Sequence record: SRR2962707_2232
DNA length: 64,000 bases
Strand: one strand, 5' to 3'
Below are positions 28,142-38,751 of this stretch, piece after piece. The notes beneath the pieces were generated by a model, which was given only the letters and a program-made list of their open reading frames with translations, did not search any database and was not told where the DNA came from. Position numbers and translations under genes: made by a program. Numbering within the stretch: position 1 is the first letter of the stretch; each line of letters begins with the position of its first letter.

Positions 28142-29770
28142 CTATTCTCCCCGTTCAATCAGGATGTTGCCGAACTGCGCACGTAGTTTGTTTTTGAGCA
28201 TTTTTCCGGTGCCGCCAATTGGAATAGAATCCGTGAAAATCACGGCATCTGGCTTTTGCCATTTGGCGACTTTTTCTTCAAACAGTGCCAAGATTTCTTC
28301 TTCGGTTGGGTCGCAGCCTTGTGCTTTTACCGCAATGATAATCGGGCGCTCATCCCATTTGGGATGTTTTGCGGCAATCGCTGCGGCCATGGCAATGCCC
28401 GAATGTGAAATGGCGATGCCTTCAAGTTCCACCGATGAAACCCATTCACCGCCCGATTTAATGATATCTTTTGTGCGGTCTCGAATGACCATAAAGCCAT
28501 CGGGATCGATGGTTGATACATCACCGGTGTCAAACCAGCCGTCAGCAGTTTTGGCGCTTTCCGCATTGCCAAAATAGGTGTCGACCACCCAATGGCCGCG
28601 CACCTGCAGTGCGCCTTGCGTGGCACCATCATGCGGCAAGATGCTGCCATCTTCATCGACAATGCGCAGATCAACGCCAAAGGGCGGTCTGCCCTGACCT
28701 AGTCTTAGGGCCGCCATTGCGTCAGGTGCTAGGTTTAAATGTTTGGCTTTTAGTTGGTTTGCAGTGCCAACGGGGCTTGTTTCGGTCATGCCCCATGCGT
28801 GGATTGTTTCGCAATTATAGTCGTCTCTAAATGTTGCAATCATGGATGGTGCCGCCGCAGAGCCGCCAATAACATTGCGGCGCAGGCTTTCCAATTTGCT
28901 GTCGAGTTTTTTGGCTGAAACAAGCAACATTTGCCAAATGGTTGGCACGCCGAGCGCGAGTGAAACTTTAAACTCATCAATCATGCCAACAAGGCTATCA
29001 CCATCAAGGCCCGGGCCCGGCATCACCATTTTTACGCCGTTCATAGCAGCTGCGTAAGGAATGCCCCACGCATTGACGTGGAACATGGGAACCACTGGCA
29101 TGATCGTATCGAGCGCAGAAATGCCGAGCGTATCTGGCAGCGAAATAGCAAAGGAATGCAGCACCGTTGAGCGGTTTGAGTAGAGCACGCCTTTTGGCTG
29201 ATCTGTTGTGCCCGATGTGTAGCAAAGCGAACACGGGGTTTTTTCATCGAGCTGCGGCCAGTCGAAGTCCTCACTGCCAGTTTCAATGAGTTCGTCAAAG
29301 AAAATAGCATAGGGCATTGTTGCAGCGATATCTTCGTCGCGTGCGCCCATGAAAATGAAATGCTCAATGGATTTGATATGTTCACGTGTCGCAACAATGA
29401 GGGGCGCAAATGTTTTATCAAAAAACATCGCCTTATCGCCAGCATCATTGCAGATGAAAATAAACTGATCGGGCGCAAGGCGCGGATTGAGCGTGTGGCA
29501 GACCATGCCGCTGCCTGAAACGGCAAACCAGATTTTCAAATGGCGCTGATTGTTCCAAGCTAAGGTGGCAAGCCGGTCGCCCTGCTTAAGGTCGAGTTTT
29601 TTTAACGCATTGGCCAGTTTGCGCGCGCCAATGCTAATGCCCGCCCAATCTGTGGTACTAATCTCACCGGTCGTCTCGCGTGAAATGATCTGTGTGTCGC
29701 CATGGAATTTTTCTGCGTGAACAATTAAATCGCTCACCAGAAGAGGGCGGTCCATCATTGAGCCAATCAT
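28142..29770 (-). CDS. Medium/long-chain acyl-CoA ligase (AlkK/DmdB-like)
   Basis: LCYTSGTT..PKG, VPMFHVNAWG, HAWGMTETSP, DRTKDIIKSGGEWVSS, HPKWDERP. Confidence 0.88.
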   Translation of the reverse strand: MIGSMMDRPLLVSDLIVHAEKFHGDTQIISRETTGEISTTDWAGISIGARKLANALKKLDLKQGDRLATLAWNNQRHLKIWFAVSGSGMVCHTLNPRLAPDQFIFICNDAGDKAMFFDKTFAPLIVATREHIKSIEHFIFMGARDEDIAATMPYAIFFDELIETGSEDFDWPQLDEKTPCSLCYTSGTTDQPKGVLYSNRSTVLHSFAISLPDTLGISALDTIMPVVPMFHVNAWGIPYAAAMNGVKMVMPGPGLDGDSLVGMIDEFKVSLALGVPTIWQMLLVSAKKLDSKLESLRRNVIGGSAAAPSMIATFRDDYNCETIHAWGMTETSPVGTANQLKAKHLNLAPDAMAALRLGQGRPPFGVDLRIVDEDGSILPHDGATQGALQVRGHWVVDTYFGNAESAKTADGWFDTGDVSTIDPDGFMVIRDRTKDIIKSGGEWVSSVELEGIAISHSGIAMAAAIAAKHPKWDERPIIIAVKAQGCDPTEEEILALFEEKVAKWQKPDAVIFTDSIPIGGTGKMLKNKLRAQFGNILIERGE

Positions 29771-29789
29771 GTTCGTACTCCCGTTTGTT

Positions 29790-31409
29790 TTAATTAGAAT
29801 ATTGCGCTTTGATCATGTCGGCGCATTTTTCGCCGATCACGATTGTCTGCCCATTTGTATTGCCTGAAATCAGAGTGGGGATGATGGATGCATCTGCTAC
29901 CCGCAGACCTTCAAGTCCTCGCACTTTAAGCTCAGGGTCAACCACCGCCATTTCATCCACGCCCATTTTGCAGGTGCCGACAGGGTGATAGATTGTGTCA
30001 GAGGTTGAGCGTATCAGGTCTTCCCATTCTTTATCTGTCATATTGTCATGAACGCCCAGCAGCTCCTTGTCCGCATATTTTTTCATGGATGTTTCCATCA
30101 TAATTTTGCGGATGATTTTGCCGCCTTTTATCAGCGTTTTTAGGTCACGCTCATCGGACAAGAATTTTGGATCAATGCCCGGCGCATCAAAAGGATTTGC
30201 TGAATGCAAGAAAACTTCACCGCGCGAATGGGGATGCAGCACACAGACATGGCAAGAATAGCCATGGCCGAGGTGCAAATTGCGTGCGTGATCATCAACA
30301 ATTGAAATGGTGAAGTGGGTTTGCAGGTCAGGCCGGTCGAGGCTTGGATCGCTTTTGATAAATGAACCGGCTTCGGCAATGGGTGTTGCTACCATTGACG
30401 TGCCATTCTTGCGCCATTTTAAAATATGGCCCAGCAGGGCTAAGCCAGCTTTGATGCCGATGCCAAGCGTATTCGTCTCTTTGGTGGTATAGGATAAAAT
30501 GAGATCAAGATGGTCCTGCAGATTTTGGCCCACGCCCTGCAATTCATGCACCAAATCAATGCCGTGGCGGCTCATTTCATCCTTGTTGCCTACGCCAGAA
30601 AGCATAAGCAATTGCGGAGACTGGAAGGCCCCGCATGATAGAATAACTTCTTTAGAAGCGTGGGCTACGCGCGATTGTCCGCCAGCAACAAAGGCAACGC
30701 CAGTAGCGCGTTTGCCCTCGAAGATAATTTTCGTTGCGCGGGCCTTGGTGACAATTGTCAAATTGGGTCGTTGATCGCGCACGGGATGCAGATAGGCTGC
30801 TGCTGCCGAGCAGCGCTCGCCGATTTTATCTGCCGTGTGAAATTGGGTTACTTGGTAGAGCGCTGCGCCTTCATTGTCGCCAGTGTTAAAATCCTCGGAA
30901 GCGCGAATTTGCATTTCCGTATTGGCCTGTACAAAAGCTTCAGAAATGGGGCGTGGTGCACGCTGGTTTGCAACTTGCAAAGGGCCGCTTGCCCCGTGCA
31001 TGGCATCGCCGCCATTCTCGTTGTTTTCAGATTTTTTAAAATAGGGAAGAAGGCTATCCCAGTCCCAGCCTTTGCATCCTTGTTCTGCCCAGTCGTCGTA
31101 ATCTTTTTTGTGGCCGCGCACATAAAGCATCGCATTAATTGCGCTTGATCCGCCAAGCCCGCGTCCGCGCGGTTGATAACCGCGCCTGCCGTTAAGGCCG
31201 GGCTGCGGCTCGGTGTTAAATGCCCAATTGTTGATTTTGCCATAGCCGGGCAACATGGCGACAACGCCAATGGGAGCGCGGATCAAAATGTCGTTGCCTT
31301 CGCCGCCAGCTTCTAGCAGGCAGACCGTGACATTTGGATCTTCGGTAAGCCGTGAAGCAATGGTTGCGCCGGCGGAACCGCCGCCGACAATAACGAAATC
31401 GTAGTGCAT
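29790..31409 (-). CDS. GMC-family flavoprotein oxidoreductase (AlkJ-like alcohol dehydrogenase)
   Basis: DFVIVGGGSAG, GRGLGGSSAINAMLY.RG, VGQNLQDH, YHPVGTCKMG, GNTN. ATG 31409 follows GGAGGA. Confidence 0.88.
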   Translation of the reverse strand: MHYDFVIVGGGSAGATIASRLTEDPNVTVCLLEAGGEGNDILIRAPIGVVAMLPGYGKINNWAFNTEPQPGLNGRRGYQPRGRGLGGSSAINAMLYVRGHKKDYDDWAEQGCKGWDWDSLLPYFKKSENNENGGDAMHGASGPLQVANQRAPRPISEAFVQANTEMQIRASEDFNTGDNEGAALYQVTQFHTADKIGERCSAAAAYLHPVRDQRPNLTIVTKARATKIIFEGKRATGVAFVAGGQSRVAHASKEVILSCGAFQSPQLLMLSGVGNKDEMSRHGIDLVHELQGVGQNLQDHLDLILSYTTKETNTLGIGIKAGLALLGHILKWRKNGTSMVATPIAEAGSFIKSDPSLDRPDLQTHFTISIVDDHARNLHLGHGYSCHVCVLHPHSRGEVFLHSANPFDAPGIDPKFLSDERDLKTLIKGGKIIRKIMMETSMKKYADKELLGVHDNMTDKEWEDLIRSTSDTIYHPVGTCKMGVDEMAVVDPELKVRGLEGLRVADASIIPTLISGNTNGQTIVIGEKCADMIKAQYSN

Positions 31410-31488
31410 CGTTCCTCCTCCCAAAGGTATCTGGCTGAAGCTCTCCCAAGCGCCAGATATGTGCAACGATTTTGAGACTACGTCCTTT

Positions 31489-31506
31489 TCTGGACGCTTG
31501 TCCAGA
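31489..31506. promoter_or_regulatory. Inverted repeat upstream of the GMC operon, candidate TetR operator
   Basis: TCTGGAC-GCTT-GTCCAGA. Confidence 0.45.
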
Positions 31507-31541
31507 TATTTAATCTATGACAGAAAATTGAAAAAGTCAGC

Positions 31542-32171
31542 TTAAAGAAGGCTTTCTAAATCGCCGGTTTCAAGCGCCTCGACATGGCGCTCGATTTTGT
31601 CGATCTCCCAATCCCACCACGCAATATCAAGCAGCGAAGCGATGGTTTCATCGCTAAAGCGCTTTCGGATTTCTTGGGCAGGGTTGCCGCCAACAATGGT
31701 GTAGGGTGCAACGTCTTTTGTCACAACCGAGCCTGCCGCGATAATCGCGCCGGAACCAATCGTCACGCCGGGCATAATGATCGCGCCATAACCAATCCAA
31801 ACATCATTGCCGATGATCGTATCGGCAAAGGGCAGATCAGGATAACCGCCGGTTTCGGCTAAGTTAAATATACGAAATGGATAGGTGGTTAGCCCTTCCA
31901 TTGGATGGTTGGCAGACGAAGTGATGAATTTGACGCCGTGCGCGATCTGCACGAATTTACCGATCATCAGCTTTTCGGTGCTAAAAGCAAAAAGATAGGG
32001 CGCAAGCGTGGATGCCCAATCCTTGGGCGCGGAAAAGTCGCTGGCGTATGAATAGGCACCGATCTCTATTCTTGGATGGTCGATAACATTGGCAAGATAG
32101 ACAGTGTTTTCGATGATTGTGCCATCAGGTGCTGTGACCGGATGAGATAGGGAAGATTTTAAAAATGGCAT
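31542..32171 (-). CDS. Vat/CatB-related O-acetyltransferase (hexapeptide xenobiotic acyltransferase)
   Basis: [22 protein letters not shown]...[43 protein letters not shown] 32171 follows GAGGT. Confidence 0.88.
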   Translation of the reverse strand: MPFLKSSLSHPVTAPDGTIIENTVYLANVIDHPRIEIGAYSYASDFSAPKDWASTLAPYLFAFSTEKLMIGKFVQIAHGVKFITSSANHPMEGLTTYPFRIFNLAETGGYPDLPFADTIIGNDVWIGYGAIIMPGVTIGSGAIIAAGSVVTKDVAPYTIVGGNPAQEIRKRFSDETIASLLDIAWWDWEIDKIERHVEALETGDLESLL

Positions 32172-32280
32172 AATAAGACCTCGCATCAATAAGATGGGTT
32201 TGCCGTTTAGCGGCTTACCCTTGTTTGTGATGGTGCCGCTTAAGTGCGGTGGGTCTTAGTTGTTCATCTGCCTAAACTCC
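32172..32280 (-). promoter_or_regulatory. Structured 5' leader with a 3-codon uORF (MNN, 32267-32256); putative translational attenuator
   Basis: Minus strand reads GGAG-tttaggcag-ATG AAC AAC TAA. TAAGACC can pair with GGTCTTA, which overlaps the downstream RBS. Nested hairpins CCGC/GCGG and GGGT..GCCG/CGGC..ACCC lie between. Confidence 0.55.
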
Positions 32281-32340
32281 AATTGAGCTAAATATAAAAC
32301 GCTGGGCATATTTATCAACCCAAGAGGGGCCAGTTTCAGA

Positions 32341-35300
32341 TCAATAATCTTTCTCGTAAAAAATGCCGAGACTTGTATCACTATCCGAATTGACGGCGCC
32401 TCTGGCGGTCAGGCTGTCTGTAATATCAAGGTTGATGGTCGCCTCGGTCTGTTGGCCGGTTTGTACGCCCAGATAGACATTGTCATTGATATATTTGCTG
32501 GCTTTCACGGCGGCATTGCCGTCTTGGTCTTGCACAATATCAAGATCATCAAGGCCAAGACCTGAGCGCAATTGATCGACAAGGCCGGGGCTGTTGCCGC
32601 CGGTCAATTCCGCAGCGATTGACGCCAGACGCGCGATCTGCGCTGGCGAAAGCGTTGATAGGCCTTTGCCGAAAATGATGATCGCCAAAACTTCATCCTG
32701 CGGTAATTCTGGCGATGAGGTAAAGCTAACCTGCAAATCAGATGCACGGCCAAAAAGTGTAATATAGGCGGTTGTATCAGCCGATTGTGTCCGCGCCACA
32801 AAGCGTAGTTGCGGATCAAGATCGCCTGTCAGCGTGACGGAACCTTCGTCCAAATCAAGACGCTGACCCAAAATGCTTAAACGTCCACGGCGCAGATCAA
32901 ATTGGCCACTTGGGCGCACATTTGTCGTTGGCCCTTTAACTGAGAGCGTGCCGCCAAGTTCTGCATCAAGTCCGCGTCCGCGCACGAATATGCGGTTTGG
33001 TGCGATGATTTGCACATCGAGCTGCAAAATAGAGGGGCGGCTGGAAGGCGTTGGCAGCGGTGATGCTTTTGCAATGAGGTCTAACGTACGCTGCGTTGCG
33101 GCATCAGGATTGACGTTTGTCACATCAAGCAGTTGCACGTCGCCGCCAAAAGTTTCGGGAACGGTGATTTCTGTTTCGCCCAGATTGATCTGACCAGATA
33201 GCAATGGATCACGCAGCAGGGGACCGCTCAAGTTTAAATTGCCATTGACGCTGGTGGTGAATGTTTGCCCATCGCTATAGCGCGAACCGGCCAATACGAC
33301 AGATAGATTGGCGGGCAGGTCGCCAGAAATGCCAACCGTACCCGTTGCCGAAACGGAGCCGCCGCGGGCTAATTTCGCGTTGAGCTTTTGGATTGAAATC
33401 GTATCACCCGAAAGACCGGCCATAAGGCCAATATCTGTGACTTTTACGTTTGAAAGTGGGTCGGTGAAGGTGCCAGCGCCAACGGACAATAAGCCTCTAA
33501 GAGATGGATTATTGATGCTGCCGGTTGCGGCCACATTAAAGCGCGCAGTGCCGGTCACTTTTGCGCCGCGATCAGCGAGAAACAAATCTGCGATATTAAG
33601 CGGTGCGGTGCCATCTGCATTGAAATTGAGGCCGTTGCCTTCAAGCGGAATTTGGCCCGAGCCGTTGACAGATATGCCCTGCGCATTGGTAATCGCCAGC
33701 GCATTTAAGGATAGGACGCGCTTGGCATTAAAATTACCTCTGGCGTTAATGCTCAGCGGTGAAATTTGATTGTCGGATAATTGCCGTGCTGTCACGCCAT
33801 TGCCCGTAAAACTAAAATCAGCAGTGGGCGCTAAGGGCGATCCTTTAAGGGTCGCATTGCCATTGATGGTGCCGCCAATGCCGAGGCTCGCATTGAACGC
33901 ATTGGCGATGGAAAGCGGCAGGTTTGTAATTTTTGTGGCCAAGTCGAGTTTGTCGCCAGCCATGCCGTCAATGGTGATCGAACCGCCGGCAACATTGAGT
34001 TTCGCGTTGTTAAAGGTGGCATTGCCATTGGCGATATCAATTGTCGTGGGCGCGGCAAGGGCGGCATTGCCTAAATCAGAGCGCAGATTAAGCCTATCAA
34101 ATGTGACCGATTGTTTGGCTGGTGACTGAATGACATTACCGCTTGTTTCTAACCGAGCATTGGCTTCCACCAAGTCAGAACGCAGATCAAATGTGATTTC
34201 GTCGCCATTGGTTGATACATCGCTATTCAGCGTGCGCAGCGCAACGCCGCTGACGAGTACATCGCTCGCGTCAATCGTTGCATTGACTTTAGGGCTGGTT
34301 AAAAGCGCATCCACTTGCGCTTTGATCGCAGCCTTGCCGATTTTATTTTTTGCAAGCGTTAGCTGGTTCGCATCAATTGTTGCGGACGCAGATTGCTTGC
34401 CATCGTTTTCATTAAGGTCAATGACCGCATCAATCGCGCCCGAAGCCTCTTGTAGTGCAAGTGCGGCAAGCGAGGAGATATCAAGCGACTTGATTGTCGC
34501 TTTGCCATCCATCAGGCCGGTTTCATTGTTTCGCGTCAGGTCAGCTGCAATGCGCGAAGCCCCCACTTCTGCCAACAGTTTTGAAATGACCAGCTGTGTT
34601 TCATCGCGCGATAATTGACCATCCAATGACACGGTTTGGCCATCAAGTGAGCCGTTACCTGTCAAAGTGCCGTTCACAGATTTAGCGTCGATTTTGCCGC
34701 TGAATGCCGTTGTTAATCCGCTGACTCGCTTTTTGGCCAGTGTGCCATTTGGCATCGAAAGCGCAAGTTCAGCATCATAGGGCTGAGCGGTGCCGTTGAT
34801 TGAGGCGGTAAGCGAAACAGCACCTGAACTATTTTCAGAAATTGTCGCGATATCTCTAATGTCGATACGCGCATCAAGATCAGCAAGCGTTGAGGCATAA
34901 CGTCCATCAAGCAAAATATCCGTCTGATTGTTGGTGACGCGGAATTTATCAAAGCCAAGGCCGGCTTCGTCGCGCAGCACGTTGCCTGAAAGGCGTGTCG
35001 ATCCATCAAGCAACGCATCAAGTGCGGCTATATCGGTTTTCAGCGCATTGCCTGCACCGCTTAAATTGAGATTGAATGCACCTGAGAGCGGCGAAATTTG
35101 CCCTGTAGCGAGCAAGCCAATGCTGCCGCCTAAGCTGCGGTTCGCAAGGGCTGAAAATGAGTTTAGATTTGCCGCTTCAACGCCAATTTGGCCATCAAAT
35201 TGGGTGCCTTTTAGCTCGCCATTGCTGCGCAGTGCATAGTCTTTGCCTTCGATATTTAGCTTGGCAAATTGTAGCGGTGTGCCGCTTTTCCAAGAGCCAA

Positions 35301-36621
35301 TTGAAGACATGGCTATATTCGAGCCGATGGCGCTTGCGAGTGCAGTGTCTTTGGCATTGATACCCGCAATTTTACCGTCCGTGGTAAAATTGATTTCACG
35401 CGCAATTGCGTCGGTAAAATTAGCGATTGTGCCGGTGGTATTAATCGCAATGTCTTGAACGGTGAAGTCTGCAGATTTGACCGCACTGACATTGAGCGTT
35501 TGCAAAAATTCATCGCTAACTTCTGCATCATAGCGCACATCTAGATTTGCTTTTTCAAATGTTGTCGGTGGTCCTGCGCGGGGCAGTGTGATCGCATCGC
35601 CCGATGGGTCAACCACTTTGGCTTGCAGGTTGAGCGCGCTTAAAAATCCATCGGCGAGCAGTTTCGCATTCGCGCTTAATTGTATAGCGCCACTATCTAG
35701 CGTCAGTGAATCGATGGATGTTTCGCCGCTATTCTGCATCAAGACATTGGTTGACAACCGGCTATTATCACCCATCAGCACCTTATAATTTTCAGGCATG
35801 ATTGAGGACAGCGGACCGCCCAAATTGGCTATAATGCTTCTGCCTTGTTCGCCATCGCTGATAGCCAAATCGCCATCAAGGATATGTTCGCCATCAACGG
35901 CAAAAACAAGCGTGCCTTGTAGCTCGCTGATTGGGGCATCCGCTTTTACGGTAAGCGAAACCGGTGGTTTGCCGCGCAAATCTAAAAGATTGGCTATGAT
36001 ACCATTTTCAGGCTCATTGAGCTGTGCATCTAATTTTAGCTGCTTGTCGCTCGCACCGTAATTGGCTTCCAGCTTTAAATCGCCGCCTGGGCCATCTAAG
36101 CGAACAATATCTAGATTGGTTTTCAAAGAGCCGTCAGCAAGTTTAATTGAACCTGCAATCGACATTTCCGATTGAAGGCCAAACACCGCATTGCCGAAAG
36201 CTATTTTCGGAATGTCGAGTTCGTTTAGGTTCACCGATACGGGCAATTTTGGCAGTTGAAAACCGGATGCTTCGGGTGCAGGGGCACTTTCATCGGTAAT
36301 CGGCCCACGCGGCATATCAATGCTTTTTGCCGCCAAGCGATCAATTTCCAAGCGGCCAAGCAGCAGAGCGCTGCGGCTCCATACAAGCTGCGGCTCTACA
36401 ATGGTCAGCCACACGCCTTGATCATCCGAGATTGTTATGCTGTCGAAGGATACATTGGAAGAGAGCGTGCCTCTGATCCCGTTTAATCGTATTTGCCTAT
36501 TGGGCGCAGAGAGCTGGTTTTCAACATAGTTGATCAGCGACGAACGCTCGGCTTCCTCTTGCGCAAAGAGTGATCCAGTCAACGCGATAAGAATGAGAAG
36601 GCTTGCAAAAATTCTTTTCAT
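32341..36621 (-). CDS. tamB: Translocation and assembly module TamB
   Basis: 1426 aa beta-rich repeats with a C-terminal DUF490-type region (APNRIFVRGRGLDAELGG, FTSSPELPQDEVLA, GIFYEKDY). Confidence 0.9.
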   Translation of the reverse strand: MKRIFASLLILIALTGSLFAQEEAERSSLINYVENQLSAPNRQIRLNGIRGTLSSNVSFDSITISDDQGVWLTIVEPQLVWSRSALLLGRLEIDRLAAKSIDMPRGPITDESAPAPEASGFQLPKLPVSVNLNELDIPKIAFGNAVFGLQSEMSIAGSIKLADGSLKTNLDIVRLDGPGGDLKLEANYGASDKQLKLDAQLNEPENGIIANLLDLRGKPPVSLTVKADAPISELQGTLVFAVDGEHILDGDLAISDGEQGRSIIANLGGPLSSIMPENYKVLMGDNSRLSTNVLMQNSGETSIDSLTLDSGAIQLSANAKLLADGFLSALNLQAKVVDPSGDAITLPRAGPPTTFEKANLDVRYDAEVSDEFLQTLNVSAVKSADFTVQDIAINTTGTIANFTDAIAREINFTTDGKIAGINAKDTALASAIGSNIAMSSIGSWKSGTPLQFAKLNIEGKDYALRSNGELKGTQFDGQIGVEAANLNSFSALANRSLGGSIGLLATGQISPLSGAFNLNLSGAGNALKTDIAALDALLDGSTRLSGNVLRDEAGLGFDKFRVTNNQTDILLDGRYASTLADLDARIDIRDIATISENSSGAVSLTASINGTAQPYDAELALSMPNGTLAKKRVSGLTTAFSGKIDAKSVNGTLTGNGSLDGQTVSLDGQLSRDETQLVISKLLAEVGASRIAADLTRNNETGLMDGKATIKSLDISSLAALALQEASGAIDAVIDLNENDGKQSASATIDANQLTLAKNKIGKAAIKAQVDALLTSPKVNATIDASDVLVSGVALRTLNSDVSTNGDEITFDLRSDLVEANARLETSGNVIQSPAKQSVTFDRLNLRSDLGNAALAAPTTIDIANGNATFNNAKLNVAGGSITIDGMAGDKLDLATKITNLPLSIANAFNASLGIGGTINGNATLKGSPLAPTADFSFTGNGVTARQLSDNQISPLSINARGNFNAKRVLSLNALAITNAQGISVNGSGQIPLEGNGLNFNADGTAPLNIADLFLADRGAKVTGTARFNVAATGSINNPSLRGLLSVGAGTFTDPLSNVKVTDIGLMAGLSGDTISIQKLNAKLARGGSVSATGTVGISGDLPANLSVVLAGSRYSDGQTFTTSVNGNLNLSGPLLRDPLLSGQINLGETEITVPETFGGDVQLLDVTNVNPDAATQRTLDLIAKASPLPTPSSRPSILQLDVQIIAPNRIFVRGRGLDAELGGTLSVKGPTTNVRPSGQFDLRRGRLSILGQRLDLDEGSVTLTGDLDPQLRFVARTQSADTTAYITLFGRASDLQVSFTSSPELPQDEVLAIIIFGKGLSTLSPAQIARLASIAAELTGGNSPGLVDQLRSGLGLDDLDIVQDQDGNAAVKASKYINDNVYLGVQTGQQTEATINLDITDSLTARGAVNSDSDTSLGIFYEKDY

Positions 36622-38546
36622 TAGAATGCCTGCCCTATGCCTGCATAGAGGCCAAACCGTGGGTCATTTGCCTGCTTGTTCATTGGAATTGCGACATCAA
36701 GGCGGATCGGACCAAGGCCAGTAAAGTAACGTACGCCGATACCCAGACCCACTTTCAAATCCTGATCGAAGGTGGGAATTGAGTTGGCTGAAACAGTGCC
36801 CGCATCAACGAATGCGACCCCGCCGAATGTTTCGTTAAAGCGCATGCGCGCTTCCAGCGATGTTTCGATAGTTGAGCGTCCACCTGTGATGGTTCCGCCC
36901 GGTTCGACAACGCCGATGTTTTTGAAGCCATAGCCGCGCACAGAACCGCCGCCGCCTGCAAAAAACAGCAAATTATCTGGCGTTTGATCGCGCTCAGGCC
37001 CAACAACGGAACCGACTTTTAAGCGGCCAGCGAGGACAAATTGATCATCTTGGCCAAAGGGTAGATAGGCACGTGCCTCTGCTTCAGAGCGGAAGCCGAA
37101 ATTGGCGTTTGTGAACTCATAAAACGGCTTTAAGTCTATACCGAAATAATAGCCCGAGGTTGCATCAAGTTTATTGTTGCGGCCATCATAAATTGCTGAG
37201 GCATCTAGACCAACTATCGTAAAATCACTCACGCCTTTGGCGCGGTCAAATTCGCTATATTGCGCAAATACGCCGCCATCGAGCGTCAGCCTATCTGAAT
37301 AGTAATAGGTTAGGGATGCCGAACCGCCGCCTGTGGTTTCGGTGTAATTATCATTAAATTCGCGCTTGGCGAAAAGCTTAAAGTTCAAATCTGTGTCAGG
37401 CGTAAAAATGCCAGGCTTGGTGAACGCTGCGCCCAAATTATAATCAAATTTTTGGTAGTCGAACGTAGAGCCAAGGCCGCCAACTGAAGCATCAAGGCGC
37501 AAACGCTCGGCTTTGCCAAATAGGTTTCGGTGCAGCCAGTAGGTTTCAATGCCAGCGCCATCAATGCTTGATAGGGTTGCGCCCAAACCGATGCGGCGCA
37601 ATTTGCGCTCTTTGACGGTGAGGCTGAGCGGCAAAGTGTCGTCTGCATTGACCGTTTCGCTTTCATCAAGTTTTTGCGTAGAGAAAACGCCAAGTCGATC
37701 AAGACGCTTTTTTGCGCGGGCAAGATCGTCAGGATCAAACTCTTCGCCCTTCACAAGACCAGTCTGTCGCGCAGTAAAGGCCGGATCCATGCGCTCTGTG
37801 CCAGTCACCTCAACATCGCCGTAAGTAGCCAATGGGCCCGACTCAACTTGGAGTTCAACATTGAGCTGGTTTTCTGGATGGACGGCTGTGGCCTTGCGGT
37901 CGGTCACTTTGGCGGTTGCATAGCCTTGTTGGCGCCAAGCATCACGTGCAAGCTTTGCAGCCTTGCCAACGCTGCCTGCTAATGCGGGAAGCCCAGCGGC
38001 AAATCCAACATCGGTGAAGGTCGGCACTTTGTCTTTTTTTGTGTTGGTGGCAGGCGCAGCGCCAATTACTTCGGCGGTTCCAAAGGTGTATTGGGTGCCA
38101 GCGTCCACTGTAATTGCAATAGTAGAGCCGTTGGTAAATTCAGTGCCAACGGGCAAATTTGCCGCTTCTGTACCGTTAATTTTTATCGAGATTGAGCCGC
38201 CATAGTGGCCTTCATTATAGAGCCCCGCTAAAATACGGCGATAGTCGCCTTTTGCACGGGCTATAACGCCTGCTGAACCACCAACGGCGCTTTCACGGCC
38301 TTGCCACAGCGCAGAGGCAGATTTTACTGCGCTATCTACGGCTTCATTGCTGGATGAAAAGTCAATCGTGACATCATAGCGCTTTGCGTCGATTAATTGT
38401 GCCGCATCGGCCGCTTGGGCATCTTCACAAGGACCAATGATGCAACGCCCAAATAATTTCAGCGCGTGGGCTTGCGACGGCGCTGACGTGGTCGCAATCA
38501 CGCTCAGCAAAGCAATTTGGCTCAGTAGGTAAATTTTTCTACCCAT
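36621..38546 (-). CDS. tamA: Translocation and assembly module TamA (Omp85 family)
   Basis: POTRA-like N-terminus, WLHRNLFG, FFAGGGGSVRGYG, GPIRLDVAIP, ends YAGIGQAF. Start uncertain (ATG 38546 or GTG 38603). Confidence 0.9.
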   Translation of the reverse strand: MGRKIYLLSQIALLSVIATTSAPSQAHALKLFGRCIIGPCEDAQAADAAQLIDAKRYDVTIDFSSSNEAVDSAVKSASALWQGRESAVGGSAGVIARAKGDYRRILAGLYNEGHYGGSISIKINGTEAANLPVGTEFTNGSTIAITVDAGTQYTFGTAEVIGAAPATNTKKDKVPTFTDVGFAAGLPALAGSVGKAAKLARDAWRQQGYATAKVTDRKATAVHPENQLNVELQVESGPLATYGDVEVTGTERMDPAFTARQTGLVKGEEFDPDDLARAKKRLDRLGVFSTQKLDESETVNADDTLPLSLTVKERKLRRIGLGATLSSIDGAGIETYWLHRNLFGKAERLRLDASVGGLGSTFDYQKFDYNLGAAFTKPGIFTPDTDLNFKLFAKREFNDNYTETTGGGSASLTYYYSDRLTLDGGVFAQYSEFDRAKGVSDFTIVGLDASAIYDGRNNKLDATSGYYFGIDLKPFYEFTNANFGFRSEAEARAYLPFGQDDQFVLAGRLKVGSVVGPERDQTPDNLLFFAGGGGSVRGYGFKNIGVVEPGGTITGGRSTIETSLEARMRFNETFGGVAFVDAGTVSANSIPTFDQDLKVGLGIGVRYFTGLGPIRLDVAIPMNKQANDPRFGLYAGIGQAF

Positions 38547-38751
38547 CAAACGGGGACACCTAACACTATTTCCTCGTACGCTCGGGCTTCTTGGTAGCCG
38601 CACCTAAATTATAAATATGTTCCAAAAGGGACATGCTAACCAGTATATATTAACATAGTGGAATTTAAGGCGATATTCAAACTTAATTGATCGTACAAAT
38701 CAGCTATGCCATGAGTTGTAAAAAGCCCAAAACAGAAAAACGGAGCGCTAA

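Noticed and set aside
28142-29770. dmdB of DMSP demethylation
   Set aside because: Family similarity only; no dmdA, dmdC or dmdD nearby, and the context is alcohol/aldehyde oxidation.
31542-32171. Recently acquired mobile resistance cassette
   Set aside because: No integron, IS, attC site or flanking repeats; composition looks like the neighbouring genes.
32341-36621. Many long plus-strand ORFs antisense to tamB, and apparent repetitiveness
   Set aside because: These are shadow ORFs from codon bias; the repeats are the normal TamB beta-rich architecture.
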